A stretch of 64,000 bases of DNA from Candidatus Fervidifonticultor secundus (lineage in GTDB: Bacteria; Sysuimicrobiota; Sysuimicrobiia; Sysuimicrobiales; Humicultoraceae), in the NCBI GenBank assembly GCA_031459385.1, contig JAVKIP010000010.1:1-64000 (forward strand), read 5' to 3'. Below, in pieces: positions 51,337-59,984 of the stretch. Positions within the stretch are counted from its first letter, which is position 1; every line of letters starts with the position of its first letter. Under the pieces are notes generated by a model. It had not been told where the DNA came from. It made no database searches and saw only the letters and a program-made list of their open reading frames with translations. The translations under genes and the position numbers were made by a program.

Positions 51337-52508
51337 GCCCGCACCGCCGCTGCCACCTGCACCGCCTCCTGCACGCGCCGCGTCACGTCGGCTTCCAGCA
51401 GACCCGGGAGTTCCAGCGCCTCGAACGGGCACGCGCCGATGCAGATGCCGCACTCGACGCACCGCGAGTCGATGACCACCGCCAGCAGCTTGCGGCTCGC
51501 CGCAGCCCGCGACAGGCCGGGGTGGGGCGACGGGACCATGACGATGGCGTTGTAGGGGCAGTCGTAGTAGCACAACTCGCAGCCCGTGCAGTTGCCGTCG
51601 ATGACCTGTGCCACACCCGCGTGCCGCACGCCCATCTCCCGCGGCGTCTCGCGGCTGAGATAGGGGATGACGAACCCCGCCCCCAGCGTCACTGCCACCA
51701 GGGCCACCACCAGACCGGGCGGCACGAAGCCGGCGAGCCAGAACGGCAGCAGGAAGAAGACGTCCAGCGGCATCGCCTGCGGGGCGGTTCCGGGCCGGGC
51801 CGGGACCCCGCCGACCGCCGGGATCACCGCCGCCAGCACCGTTACCAGCCCCAGGCTGACCAGCACCCAGGTGGCAGGCGGCCAGACCTTCGGATGGCGC
51901 AGCCGCACGTAGTGCCACCACAGCAGCACGTAGAGCAGCGACGCCGGTCCGACGTGCAGCAACAGAATGCGGGGCAGGGTGCCCTCCGACAGCCCGGCGC
52001 CGCCCACCAGCAGGCCGGCCAGCGCGTCGCCGACGGCCGGGATGGCCCGCAGCAGTCGGTCGAACAGGCCCAGCACGGCCAGCGCCCGCTCGTCCCATAC
52101 CAGGATGTAGCCGGTGGCGCCCACGAAGCCGCCGAAGATGAGCATGAACATCCCCGAGATCCACGGGGAGTCGCGCGAGAACAGGTACCGGTCGGTGAAC
52201 CAGTTCCGGAAGAGGTGCAGCAGGGCTGCCACGATGAACGCATCGGCCGCGTACCGGTGGATGCCCCGGATCAACCCCCCGTACGGCACCTGCTCGGTCA
52301 GGTAGACCACCGACGGGTGCGCGCCGCCGAGGCTCGGCACGTAGTAGAAGAAGATGAAGATCCCGGAGAGGACCAGGATGAACAGGAACAGGTTCGTGAG
52401 CCCGCCGGTGTAGTAGAGCGGATTCCAGTCCGTGGGGTAGATGCGGTTGATGCCCACGTCCAGGCGCAGGGTGAACCGTTGCAGCGCGGTCAGGGCTTTC
52501 CGGTACAC
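51333..52508 (-). CDS. Cytochrome b (four His) fused to a 2x[4Fe-4S] ferredoxin domain
   Basis: H-x13-H pairs at codons 52257/52215 and 51954/51912; GYILVWD; CTGCELCYYDCP and CVECGICIGACP. Confidence 0.9.
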   Translation of the reverse strand: MYRKALTALQRFTLRLDVGINRIYPTDWNPLYYTGGLTNLFLFILVLSGIFIFFYYVPSLGGAHPSVVYLTEQVPYGGLIRGIHRYAADAFIVAALLHLFRNWFTDRYLFSRDSPWISGMFMLIFGGFVGATGYILVWDERALAVLGLFDRLLRAIPAVGDALAGLLVGGAGLSEGTLPRILLLHVGPASLLYVLLWWHYVRLRHPKVWPPATWVLVSLGLVTVLAAVIPAVGGVPARPGTAPQAMPLDVFFLLPFWLAGFVPPGLVVALVAVTLGAGFVIPYLSRETPREMGVRHAGVAQVIDGNCTGCELCYYDCPYNAIVMVPSPHPGLSRAAASRKLLAVVIDSRCVECGICIGACPFEALELPGLLEADVTRRVQEAVQVAAAVRA

Positions 52509-52518
52509 AGGGCCCCCC

Positions 52519-52788
52519 TCACGGCACGGGCTTGACCCACCGCCCGCGCAGGTCGTCCTCCGCCTCGGCGCGGCGCGGCCCGATCGTCCCCAGCTTGCGG
52601 AGCAGCAGCAGGATCAGGCCGTAGACGATGAACAGCACACCCAGGGCGGCGCCGCCGAGCTGCCAGAACACGCGGCGCTCGGCGCTGCCCAGGGCCTCGC
52701 CCAGCACGATGAGCGCCGCGCAGGCCGCACCCACCACCGCGAGCCCCAGGACCCCGCTGGTGTACCTGCGGCTGCTGTCCTCCATCAT
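52519..52788 (-). CDS. Small two-TM protein
   Basis: ATGA overlap with the upstream gene; two hydrophobic segments. Confidence 0.7.
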   Translation of the reverse strand: MMEDSSRRYTSGVLGLAVVGAACAALIVLGEALGSAERRVFWQLGGAALGVLFIVYGLILLLLRKLGTIGPRRAEAEDDLRGRWVKPVP

Positions 52789-53066
52789 GCCGATCCGGCA
52801 CCCCCCTGCGGGCGATCCGCCCGCCGGTCCAACCAGCGGTCGAACAGCGGCATCGGCCGACGCGTGCGGCCCGCGGTCCGGTCGGCCGCGTAGATGACGA
52901 ACGCCAGGTACCCCAGGCTGACCCAGAACGCCGCCATCCAGCCCAGGGCCTCGACCGGCCCGTACAGCCGCTGGCCTTCCAGGGCACTGCGCACCCCCTG
53001 CCACAGGCGCGAGAAGCTCTCCACCGCCACCGCGAACGCCGCCACGGAGCCGCCGAGCCGCAGCAT
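52785..53066 (-). CDS. Small two-TM protein
   Basis: Starts 3 nt after the cytochrome b stop; two hydrophobic segments. Confidence 0.7.
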   Translation of the reverse strand: MLRLGGSVAAFAVAVESFSRLWQGVRSALEGQRLYGPVEALGWMAAFWVSLGYLAFVIYAADRTAGRTRRPMPLFDRWLDRRADRPQGGAGSA

Positions 53067-53069
53067 CGC

Positions 53070-54257
53070 CTAGTGCGCCTCCGCCCGCGCGACCCCGGCG
53101 GCTGCCACCGCGCGGCCGGAGGCGCCGGCCGCTGCCTGCGCCGCGGCGCGCGCCTGCTGCCGGCGGTACCGGAGCTCCCAGACGAACGCCAGCGTCAGCA
53201 CGACGGTCGTCACCAGCAACACCAGCGGCGGCTCGCGCTCGATCACAGCGATGTTGAACAGGATCAACGCCGTGAAGACCAGGAAGTAGACCAGCGCCAG
53301 CAGACCCACCACGAAGAAGAACGGACGCTCCAGGGGCCGGCGGCCCTTGCTGCGGTCGAGAAACGGCACCAGCATTCCGAAGCCGATCAGCAGCCCGGGC
53401 CCCAGGCCCGCCCACAGCGGCGGCGTGTACTTCACGTACTGGTAGAGCGCCAGGAAGTACCAGTCCGAGAGGATGGGCAGCGGAGTGCGGTTGGGATCGG
53501 CGCGGCGGCCGAGCTCCGCCGGCAGCGCCCAGGAGATGTAGACCAGCATGACCGAGAACAGCAGGATCGGAAACAGCGACATGTTCAGGCGCTGCCGCCG
53601 CGTGCGGTAGTAGAACACCTCGATGACGATGAGCAGCACCAGCGAGATCCCGAAGTGCAGGGCGTAGAAGCGCGTGAGGGTGGCGGCGCCGATGGCCGGC
53701 CCGCCCAGGAACAGGTAGGCGATCATGGAGCCGACCTGGAACCGCTCGCCGATGACCGGGATCTTGGCAGTGAGCTCGTCGAAGTACACCGGCACGGTCA
53801 GCACCGTCTTGGCCGCCCAGAACGCCCGCTGGTTCCAGATGAGCAGGTAGCCGGTGATCCCGGAGATCATGGCCAGCACGAGCCCCGCGAACCCCCAGAT
53901 CCAGCTTAGCTCGCCCGGCCGTTTGTACTCGCCCAGGAAGTACATGCGGTAGATGCGGAGGATGATGCACAGGATCACGCCGTCGGCCGCGTACTTGTGG
54001 ACGCCGCGGATCAGCCAGCCCAGCGGCACCGCGTGCTGGATGTGCAGGATGGAGTTGTACGCGCCCTCGGGCGTCGGCTCGTACCAGAGCATGAGCAGGA
54101 TGCCGCTGACCACGGTGACGAGCCAGAAGTAGTACAGCATCGGGCCCAGCAGGTAGAACGGGTTCGCCTGCCGGGTCACCATCGTCTCGTCGAACAGGTC
54201 CAGCCGGCTCCGGCGGTCCCGGTACCACTCGCGCAGGTTGTCCCACACCCTGGCCAT
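53070..54257 (-). CDS. Cytochrome b of a Rieske/cyt b complex (unsplit), lacking both heme bH ligands
   Basis: YEPT..AY.S, GWLIRGVH, GEYKRPGELSWIWG, GYLLIWNQRAFWA, TLTRFYALH, TPLPILSDWYFL, VPFLD. Confidence 0.92.
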   Translation of the reverse strand: MARVWDNLREWYRDRRSRLDLFDETMVTRQANPFYLLGPMLYYFWLVTVVSGILLMLWYEPTPEGAYNSILHIQHAVPLGWLIRGVHKYAADGVILCIILRIYRMYFLGEYKRPGELSWIWGFAGLVLAMISGITGYLLIWNQRAFWAAKTVLTVPVYFDELTAKIPVIGERFQVGSMIAYLFLGGPAIGAATLTRFYALHFGISLVLLIVIEVFYYRTRRQRLNMSLFPILLFSVMLVYISWALPAELGRRADPNRTPLPILSDWYFLALYQYVKYTPPLWAGLGPGLLIGFGMLVPFLDRSKGRRPLERPFFFVVGLLALVYFLVFTALILFNIAVIEREPPLVLLVTTVVLTLAFVWELRYRRQQARAAAQAAAGASGRAVAAAGVARAEAH

Positions 54258-54302
54258 CGGTCCTCGCTACGGTGTCTGGTGGGGCGCTGCAGGACCCCGC
54301 CC

Positions 54303-54965
54303 CTAGGCGATCCCGCCCGGCTCGACGTGGCGCACCAGCACCTGGTCGCCCTCGACGGTGTAGAAGAACGTCCGCGGGGGCCGCGGGGCTGGTCCCGACA
54401 GCACCCGCCCGGGCTGCTCGGGATCGGCCGGGTCGTAGATGCTCAGGTGGCACGGGCATCCCATGAGGGCATGCTGGCGGCTCTTGGGCGGGACGTAGCC
54501 ACCGTAGCCCGCGGTGATCTCGCGCCAGTCGGCGACGAAGTTGTAGATGCACCCCAGGTGCGGGCAGATCCGGGAGAAGACGATGATCTCGCTCTCGGTG
54601 AACTGCGGCGTCTCCCCGATGGCGCGCACCCAGTCCCAGGGCATGCGGATCTTGGTCGGCAGGCGGATCGCCACGCCCGGCACCGACGCGCTCCGGAAGC
54701 CCTCGGGCGTGTACTGGGGGTACTTCTGGGTGTAGACAAAGTACTTGAAGTCCCAGGGCTTCTGCAGTTCGGCCAGCGTCGCCGCCACGACCGGCTCGCC
54801 CGCCGGCGGATCGTGCTTGGTCGGCTGCAGCACGTTGAAGGGCTCCACGTTCGGCTTGAGGAAGCGCAAAAGCGGCGAACCGAACGCGACGAGTCCTCCC
54901 ACCAGCGGCAGCGCCGCAGCGGCGCGGAGGAAGCGGCGGCGATCCAGGACGCGGTCGTGGGCCAT
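54303..54965 (-). CDS. Rieske [2Fe-2S] protein with Tat signal/anchor
   Basis: DRRRFL, CPHLGC, CPCHLSIY, GPAPRP. Confidence 0.95.
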   Translation of the reverse strand: MAHDRVLDRRRFLRAAAALPLVGGLVAFGSPLLRFLKPNVEPFNVLQPTKHDPPAGEPVVAATLAELQKPWDFKYFVYTQKYPQYTPEGFRSASVPGVAIRLPTKIRMPWDWVRAIGETPQFTESEIIVFSRICPHLGCIYNFVADWREITAGYGGYVPPKSRQHALMGCPCHLSIYDPADPEQPGRVLSGPAPRPPRTFFYTVEGDQVLVRHVEPGGIA

Positions 54966-55041
54966 CAGCAAGCTCCCACATCCAGCATACACGGCCGCCA
55001 CGCGCCCGGGGAAGTGGACCCGACCGGACCGGCCATCGGTC

Positions 55042-55989
55042 TCACGGCTGCTGCCCGCGCGGCGGCGCGTAGTCGTACATGAAAGTCCGCACGTAGTCCA
55101 CCAGTGCCCAGATCTCGTCCTCCTCGAGCTTGCCCCGGTACGCGGGCATCAGGCCGCGGCCGTCCGCGATACGCTGGAAGAGCTCGGTGGGCTTGCGGGC
55201 CGCCAGGAAGTTGGCGTCGGTGAAGATGCCGGCCCCGACGCGATCCCGCCAGCCCCACACGCCGGCCGCCATCTCCTCGGACAGCCGGCCGCCCCGGCCG
55301 TCGCCGGCGGGGCCGTGGCAGTCGGCGCACGTGGCGACCCGCCCGCCGCCGATGTCCAGCGCCCGGGTCTGATAGATCTCCCTACCGCGCGCGATGGTCT
55401 GCGGCGTGGTGGCGAATGTCCAGGCGTAGAACAGCACGTCCCAGATCTGCTCGTCGGTGAGCGTCGCCGGCCCCTTGTTGGCGCCGTAGGCCGGCTTCCG
55501 GCCGAACGCCGGCATGGCCGTGTGCGGGCGGCCGAGCTTGATCGTCTCGAAGAGCACCCATGGCGCGTTCAGGCGCATCGCGATCTGGTTGTGGAAGTTG
55601 GCGGGACGGGACGGGATCCTCTCACCCTTGATCGCCAAGCCCCAGAGCCTGAAGAAATCGGTGAGGGGGTTCTTCTGCGGCGACGTCAGGCCGCTGGCGG
55701 CCGGACCGTCGCCGAACCCTTCGTCGCCGTGACAGACCGCACAGGTGCGCTCGAACGTGGCCCGCCCGCGCACCGCGGAGGGTTTGAAGCCGGGGGCGCC
55801 GTCCACCAGTGGCCGCAGGACCGCCTGTTGCCCCAGCCCCGCACCAACCGTCGCCGCGGCGCCGCGCACGCGCACGGTCGGCTGGCATCCCGCGGCGAAC
55901 ACAGCGACAGCGACGATCGCGGGGAGCACGCGCAGCGCGATCGTCAGCGAGCGGGCGGCTTCCATCGTCAACGGCATGAACGATTCCAC
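55042..55989 (-). CDS. Di-heme cytochrome c lipoprotein
   Basis: Lipobox AAGC; CAVCH and CADCH; AMPAF and LMPAY distal Met motifs; start uncertain. Confidence 0.9.
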   Translation of the reverse strand: MESFMPLTMEAARSLTIALRVLPAIVAVAVFAAGCQPTVRVRGAAATVGAGLGQQAVLRPLVDGAPGFKPSAVRGRATFERTCAVCHGDEGFGDGPAASGLTSPQKNPLTDFFRLWGLAIKGERIPSRPANFHNQIAMRLNAPWVLFETIKLGRPHTAMPAFGRKPAYGANKGPATLTDEQIWDVLFYAWTFATTPQTIARGREIYQTRALDIGGGRVATCADCHGPAGDGRGGRLSEEMAAGVWGWRDRVGAGIFTDANFLAARKPTELFQRIADGRGLMPAYRGKLEEDEIWALVDYVRTFMYDYAPPRGQQP

Positions 55990-56056
55990 GCCCTGCAGGC
56001 AACTCCTCCCCTGGCCCGCGCGGGGTCCCTGCCACGGTGTCGAGCGGCGGCTCCGA

Positions 56057-57010
56057 TCAGATCCGTCGCCACAGCGTCCATGCGAGCCCGACGGCCAGGA
56101 GGCCCGCCAGGGTGCCGGCCGCGGTCGGTGCCGGCCATCGCCGCACGGGCGGGACGCCCGCGACGGTCAGCACCAGGTCGCCGGGGCGCAGGGCGCGCGC
56201 CCAGGCCCGCGCGTACCGCCTCCCCTCGCTCTCGAGTGGGGGCGCCGGCTGGAACTGCGGGGACCGAATCTCGGCCGGCGCGCCGGCGAACACCACCGCG
56301 CGGTCCACCGGCAGCCGGAGCGGACGATCGAGGACGGCCGCGCCCGCACCCGCCACGGCGTAACTGAACGAGAGCTGGTCGGCGCCGGGGCGCACGACGA
56401 TCCGGTCGCGGATCTCCCCGCGCTCCACGCGCGGCTGGTGGAAGCCGGCGTGGTAGCGCACGTACCGCGCTCCCTGCGGCAGGGGGATGCCGACATCGCC
56501 GCGGTATGTGCGTACCGTCGTGTTGCGCAGGTGCCAGACCTCGAAGACGCGCACGTAGCCCGCGTGCACCTCGACCACCATGCCCACCAGCGCCACGCGC
56601 AGCGGGACGCCGGATGCCACGTCGTACACCAGCAGCTCCACGCGGACCGGCCCACCCGCCACCACGACGTGCGCCGCGTAGACGACGCCGGCGTGGCTCG
56701 TCTGGACCAGATAGCGGCCGTCAGCCAGGCCGCGGAACGCGAAGCGCCCCGCGCCGTCGGTTCGGACCCGACCCACGTCCCGAGATCCGATGGGGCCCAC
56801 GGACACGAGGAGGACGGCCTGGCCCGCGGCAGACCGGCCGGTCGTGCCGTTGCGGACGACGCCGGCGATCGCCCCGGCGCTGGCCTCCGGCGCAGGCGAC
56901 GACCCGGAGGGCAGCGCGCCGGCTGCCGGTACGGCGGACGCAAAGATCGCAGGCAGCCAGAGCGCGACCAGTGCAGCGGCCAGGGGCGCGCGGCGCGCCG
57001 CTCTCCTCAC
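56057..57010 (-). CDS. Exported beta-sandwich (carboxypeptidase-regulatory-like) protein with C-terminal TM anchor
   Basis: Signal peptide, IAGVVRNGT, TDGAGRFAFRGL, C-terminal TM. Confidence 0.7.
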   Translation of the reverse strand: MRRAARRAPLAAALVALWLPAIFASAVPAAGALPSGSSPAPEASAGAIAGVVRNGTTGRSAAGQAVLLVSVGPIGSRDVGRVRTDGAGRFAFRGLADGRYLVQTSHAGVVYAAHVVVAGGPVRVELLVYDVASGVPLRVALVGMVVEVHAGYVRVFEVWHLRNTTVRTYRGDVGIPLPQGARYVRYHAGFHQPRVERGEIRDRIVVRPGADQLSFSYAVAGAGAAVLDRPLRLPVDRAVVFAGAPAEIRSPQFQPAPPLESEGRRYARAWARALRPGDLVLTVAGVPPVRRWPAPTAAGTLAGLLAVGLAWTLWRRI

Positions 57011-57282
57011 GCGCCGCCTCCGTCCAGGTGCCGCGCCGCGCGGGCGGCCGCATCTTCGAGCGTCGCCCGCTGTGCGTGGTAGTCAGCGTCGCTCAGCTTG
57101 CCCGTGGCCCAGTCGAGCTCGAGGTCCTGGAGCGCGCGCAGCGCCACGGCGTGCGCGGCCTCCAGGGCCGCGCGCGCGTCGCCAGCCTCCACGGGCGCGC
57201 GGCGCCAGGTGGGGGCCAGCAGGTACCACGCTAGCGCCATGGCGGCGACGAGGAAGGCAGCCGCGGACGCGTCCTCGATCAC
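57007..57282 (-). CDS. CcmI-like short membrane protein
   Basis: TM followed by LQDLELDWATGKLSDADY; GTGA overlap with ccmF. Confidence 0.7.
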   Translation of the reverse strand: MIEDASAAAFLVAAMALAWYLLAPTWRRAPVEAGDARAALEAAHAVALRALQDLELDWATGKLSDADYHAQRATLEDAAARAARHLDGGGA

Positions 57283-59273
57283 GGCGCACCCGCCGCCGGC
57301 CAGGCTGCGGGCTCCCCCAGGGGCAGCGCGGCCAGGTGCCGCCGGCGGCGCTCGGGCAGCGCTGCGAGCAGCGCGCCGAGGGCCAGGATCCCGCCACCGG
57401 CCCACAGCCAGGACACCAGCGGATGGATCAGCACGCGCAGCGTCGCACGGCCCTGGGGCGTCCAGTCGGCCAGGATCACGTAGAGGTCTTCACGCGGGGA
57501 GGCCCGGATCGCCACCTCGTGCATCGGCTGCCCCTGGGTCCGGTAGAACAGGCGCCGGGGCCGTAGGTGGCCGAGCGCCCGCTCGCCCCGCCACACCGCC
57601 ACCGTGGCCTCGACGACGTCGATCCCCGGCCGCTCGGTTGCGTCCAGCCCCCGGAACTCGAGCGTGTACCCGCCGAACTGGAACCGTTCGCCCGCCCCCA
57701 CGGTCGCCTGACTCTGCGTGGCGAAGGCGCTGCTCCCGGCGACGCCCGCCAGCATCAGGAGCACGCCGAGGTGCACCGTGTACCCCCCGTAGCGGCGGCG
57801 GTTCCGCCAGACGAGCTGTCCCAGCGCCCGGGCCACGGGCTCGCCGCGCGCGACGCGCACCCGCATACCGCGCACCGCCTCCAGCCCGATCGTTGCCACG
57901 ACGAACAGCACCAGGACGAAGACCAGCAGCGCGCCCGCGGTCCGCACACCCGCAGCGGCAAGGACCGCGCCGCCCAGAAGGGCCGCCGCCGCCGGCCAGG
58001 CGAAGTTGCGCGCCAGCTGCTCGGGCGACGCCCGCCGCCAGGGCAGCAGCGGCCCCACCCCCATGAGCACCAGGAGGCCCACGGCGATGGGCGTCATCAC
58101 ACGGTTGAAGTACGGCGGCCCGACGTTGCTCTTCACGCCTTCGATCGCCTCGGTCAGCGCGGGGAAGATCGTCCCCACGAAGACCACGGCGGTGGCCACC
58201 ATGAAGAGCAGGTTGTTGGCCAGGAAGGCGGTCTCACGGCTCACCACCGCCTCGATGGCCGCCTCGCGCCGCAGCTGGTCCCACCGCCACGCCAGCAGGC
58301 CGAAGCCAACCAGCAGCACCACCGCCAGGAAGCTCAGGAACGCGGGGCCCACGGCCGACAGCGCGAACGAGTGCACCGACGCGATGATGCCGCTGCGCAC
58401 CAGGAACGTCCCGAAGAGCGTCAACCCGAAGGCCAGGATGACGAGCGCCACGTTCCACGTCGCCAGCATGCCGCGGCGCTCCTGGATCTGGATCGAGTGG
58501 AGGAACGCGGTCGCCACCAGCCACGGCATCAGCGCGGCGTTCTCCACGGGATCCCAGGCCCAGTAGCCGCCCCAGCCCAGGACCACGTACGACCACTTGG
58601 CGCCGAAGAGCAGGCCGAGCGAGAGGCACGTCCAGGCCACCAGCACCCAGCGCCGCGCCAGCGCCACCCAGGTTTCGTCGAGCCGGCCGGTCACCAGCGC
58701 CGCGATCGCGATCGCAAAGGGCACGCTCATGCCCACGAACCCCAGGTAGAGCATCGGCGGGTGCGCGGCCATCCACGGGTTGCGCAGCAGCGGGTTCAAG
58801 CCCTGCCCGTCGGGCGGCGGGGGCACCAGGCGTGCGAACGGGTCGCTGGCCCATGCCAGCATGCCCGAGAAGAACAGCGCCACAGCCAGGAGCACCACCG
58901 TCGCCGGCGCCTGCAGCGCCGGATGCCCCCGGAGCGCGCGGATGCCGGCTACCAGATAGCCAGCCAGGATCAGCGCCCACAGCAGCAGGGCGCCGTCGTG
59001 CCCGCCCCAGAATGCGGTGAGCGTGTAGAACAGCGGCTGGGCTGACTCGCTGGCGAGCGCCACGAACCGCACCGAGAAGTCGCGCTGGAGGAGCGCCGTC
59101 CACAACGCCGCCGCCGCCAGCGCCACCAGCAGCGCCCACGCGGTTGCCGCACGGCGCCCGGCCTCCAGCAGGCCGCCGTGCTGACGGCGGATGCCGAGCA
59201 CGGTGACCACGATGCCGTAGGCCGCGGTGACCACGGCCGCCAGGACCGCGAACCGGCCCACCTCACCCGCCAT
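57279..59273 (-). CDS. ccmF: Cytochrome c heme lyase CcmF
   Basis: GLNPLL, HPPMLYLG, WGGYWAWDPVENA, SVHSFA. Confidence 0.96.
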   Translation of the reverse strand: MAGEVGRFAVLAAVVTAAYGIVVTVLGIRRQHGGLLEAGRRAATAWALLVALAAAALWTALLQRDFSVRFVALASESAQPLFYTLTAFWGGHDGALLLWALILAGYLVAGIRALRGHPALQAPATVVLLAVALFFSGMLAWASDPFARLVPPPPDGQGLNPLLRNPWMAAHPPMLYLGFVGMSVPFAIAIAALVTGRLDETWVALARRWVLVAWTCLSLGLLFGAKWSYVVLGWGGYWAWDPVENAALMPWLVATAFLHSIQIQERRGMLATWNVALVILAFGLTLFGTFLVRSGIIASVHSFALSAVGPAFLSFLAVVLLVGFGLLAWRWDQLRREAAIEAVVSRETAFLANNLLFMVATAVVFVGTIFPALTEAIEGVKSNVGPPYFNRVMTPIAVGLLVLMGVGPLLPWRRASPEQLARNFAWPAAAALLGGAVLAAAGVRTAGALLVFVLVLFVVATIGLEAVRGMRVRVARGEPVARALGQLVWRNRRRYGGYTVHLGVLLMLAGVAGSSAFATQSQATVGAGERFQFGGYTLEFRGLDATERPGIDVVEATVAVWRGERALGHLRPRRLFYRTQGQPMHEVAIRASPREDLYVILADWTPQGRATLRVLIHPLVSWLWAGGGILALGALLAALPERRRRHLAALPLGEPAAWPAAGAP

Positions 59274-59415
59274 CTGGGCCGCGTGCCGCGCCCGCCGGTC
59301 CGCGCGACGTCAGGATGCGCTCCACGCGCTCGAGGTCGCCGATCAGGCGCCACAGCCCGACGGCCACCGCGACCCACAGCGGCACGAGCACCGCCACCAG
59401 CGCGGGCGCGCTCAT
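59263..59415 (-). CDS. 50-aa single-TM protein, CcmD-like (below ORF-track cutoff)
   Basis: ATG 4 nt after the ccmE stop; MSAPALVAVLVPLWVAVAVGLWRLIGDLERVERIL...; overlaps the ccmF start. Confidence 0.5.
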   Translation of the reverse strand: MSAPALVAVLVPLWVAVAVGLWRLIGDLERVERILTSRGPAGAARGPDGG

Positions 59416-59419
59416 CGCC

Positions 59420-59809
59420 TCACCGCTCAGGGTACCGCTCCCGGTACTCGGTGGGGTGCGTGGAGATCACCTGCGTGGCCTGGAAGACGCCCCCGCCGAC
59501 CAGGCGCCCCTCGACCAGCACCCCCCGGCCCTCCGCGAACAGATCCGGTAGCGGTCCGGCGAACTCCACGCGGTAGGCGGCGGTCCCATCGGCCAGCGTG
59601 AACTGCACGCGCCCGTCGCCCTTCGCCACCGAGCCAGGCTGCACGGCGCCGGCCAGGCGCACCCGCGCCCCGTGGAGGTCCGGGCGCCTGGCGAACTCGG
59701 CCGGCGTGAGGTAGTAGACCACAGCCGAGCGCACACCCTGGTAGGCGGCGGCGGCCAGGGCGGCCACCACCAGCGCCCCGGCGATGAGCAGCTTGCGCCG
59801 GGCGGTCAC
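59420..59809 (-). CDS. ccmE: Heme chaperone CcmE
   Basis: YYLTP, VRLAGAV.PGS, PDLFAEG, HPTEY (HxxxY). Confidence 0.92.
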   Translation of the reverse strand: MTARRKLLIAGALVVAALAAAAYQGVRSAVVYYLTPAEFARRPDLHGARVRLAGAVQPGSVAKGDGRVQFTLADGTAAYRVEFAGPLPDLFAEGRGVLVEGRLVGGGVFQATQVISTHPTEYRERYPER

Positions 59810-59982
59810 GGCCCGGTCCCCCTGCCGCCCCCAGCCGCGGGCGTCGCCGCCGCAGGACCCACGGCGGCGGGCGCCGCGGCCTCGGTCAGTTCGTGGACCA
59901 GGCGCTGCCGCGCTGCCAGCGTGAGCACGTAGCATCCGACGCCCACGACCACGGCCAGGTAGGCCAGCGCCACGAAGGCCAT
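59806..59982 (-). CDS. ccmD: CcmD-like single-TM protein
   Basis: MAFVALAYLAVVVGVGCYVLTL; located between ccmC and ccmE. Confidence 0.6.
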   Translation of the reverse strand: MAFVALAYLAVVVGVGCYVLTLAARQRLVHELTEAAAPAAVGPAAATPAAGGGRGTGP

Positions 59983-59984
59983 GG

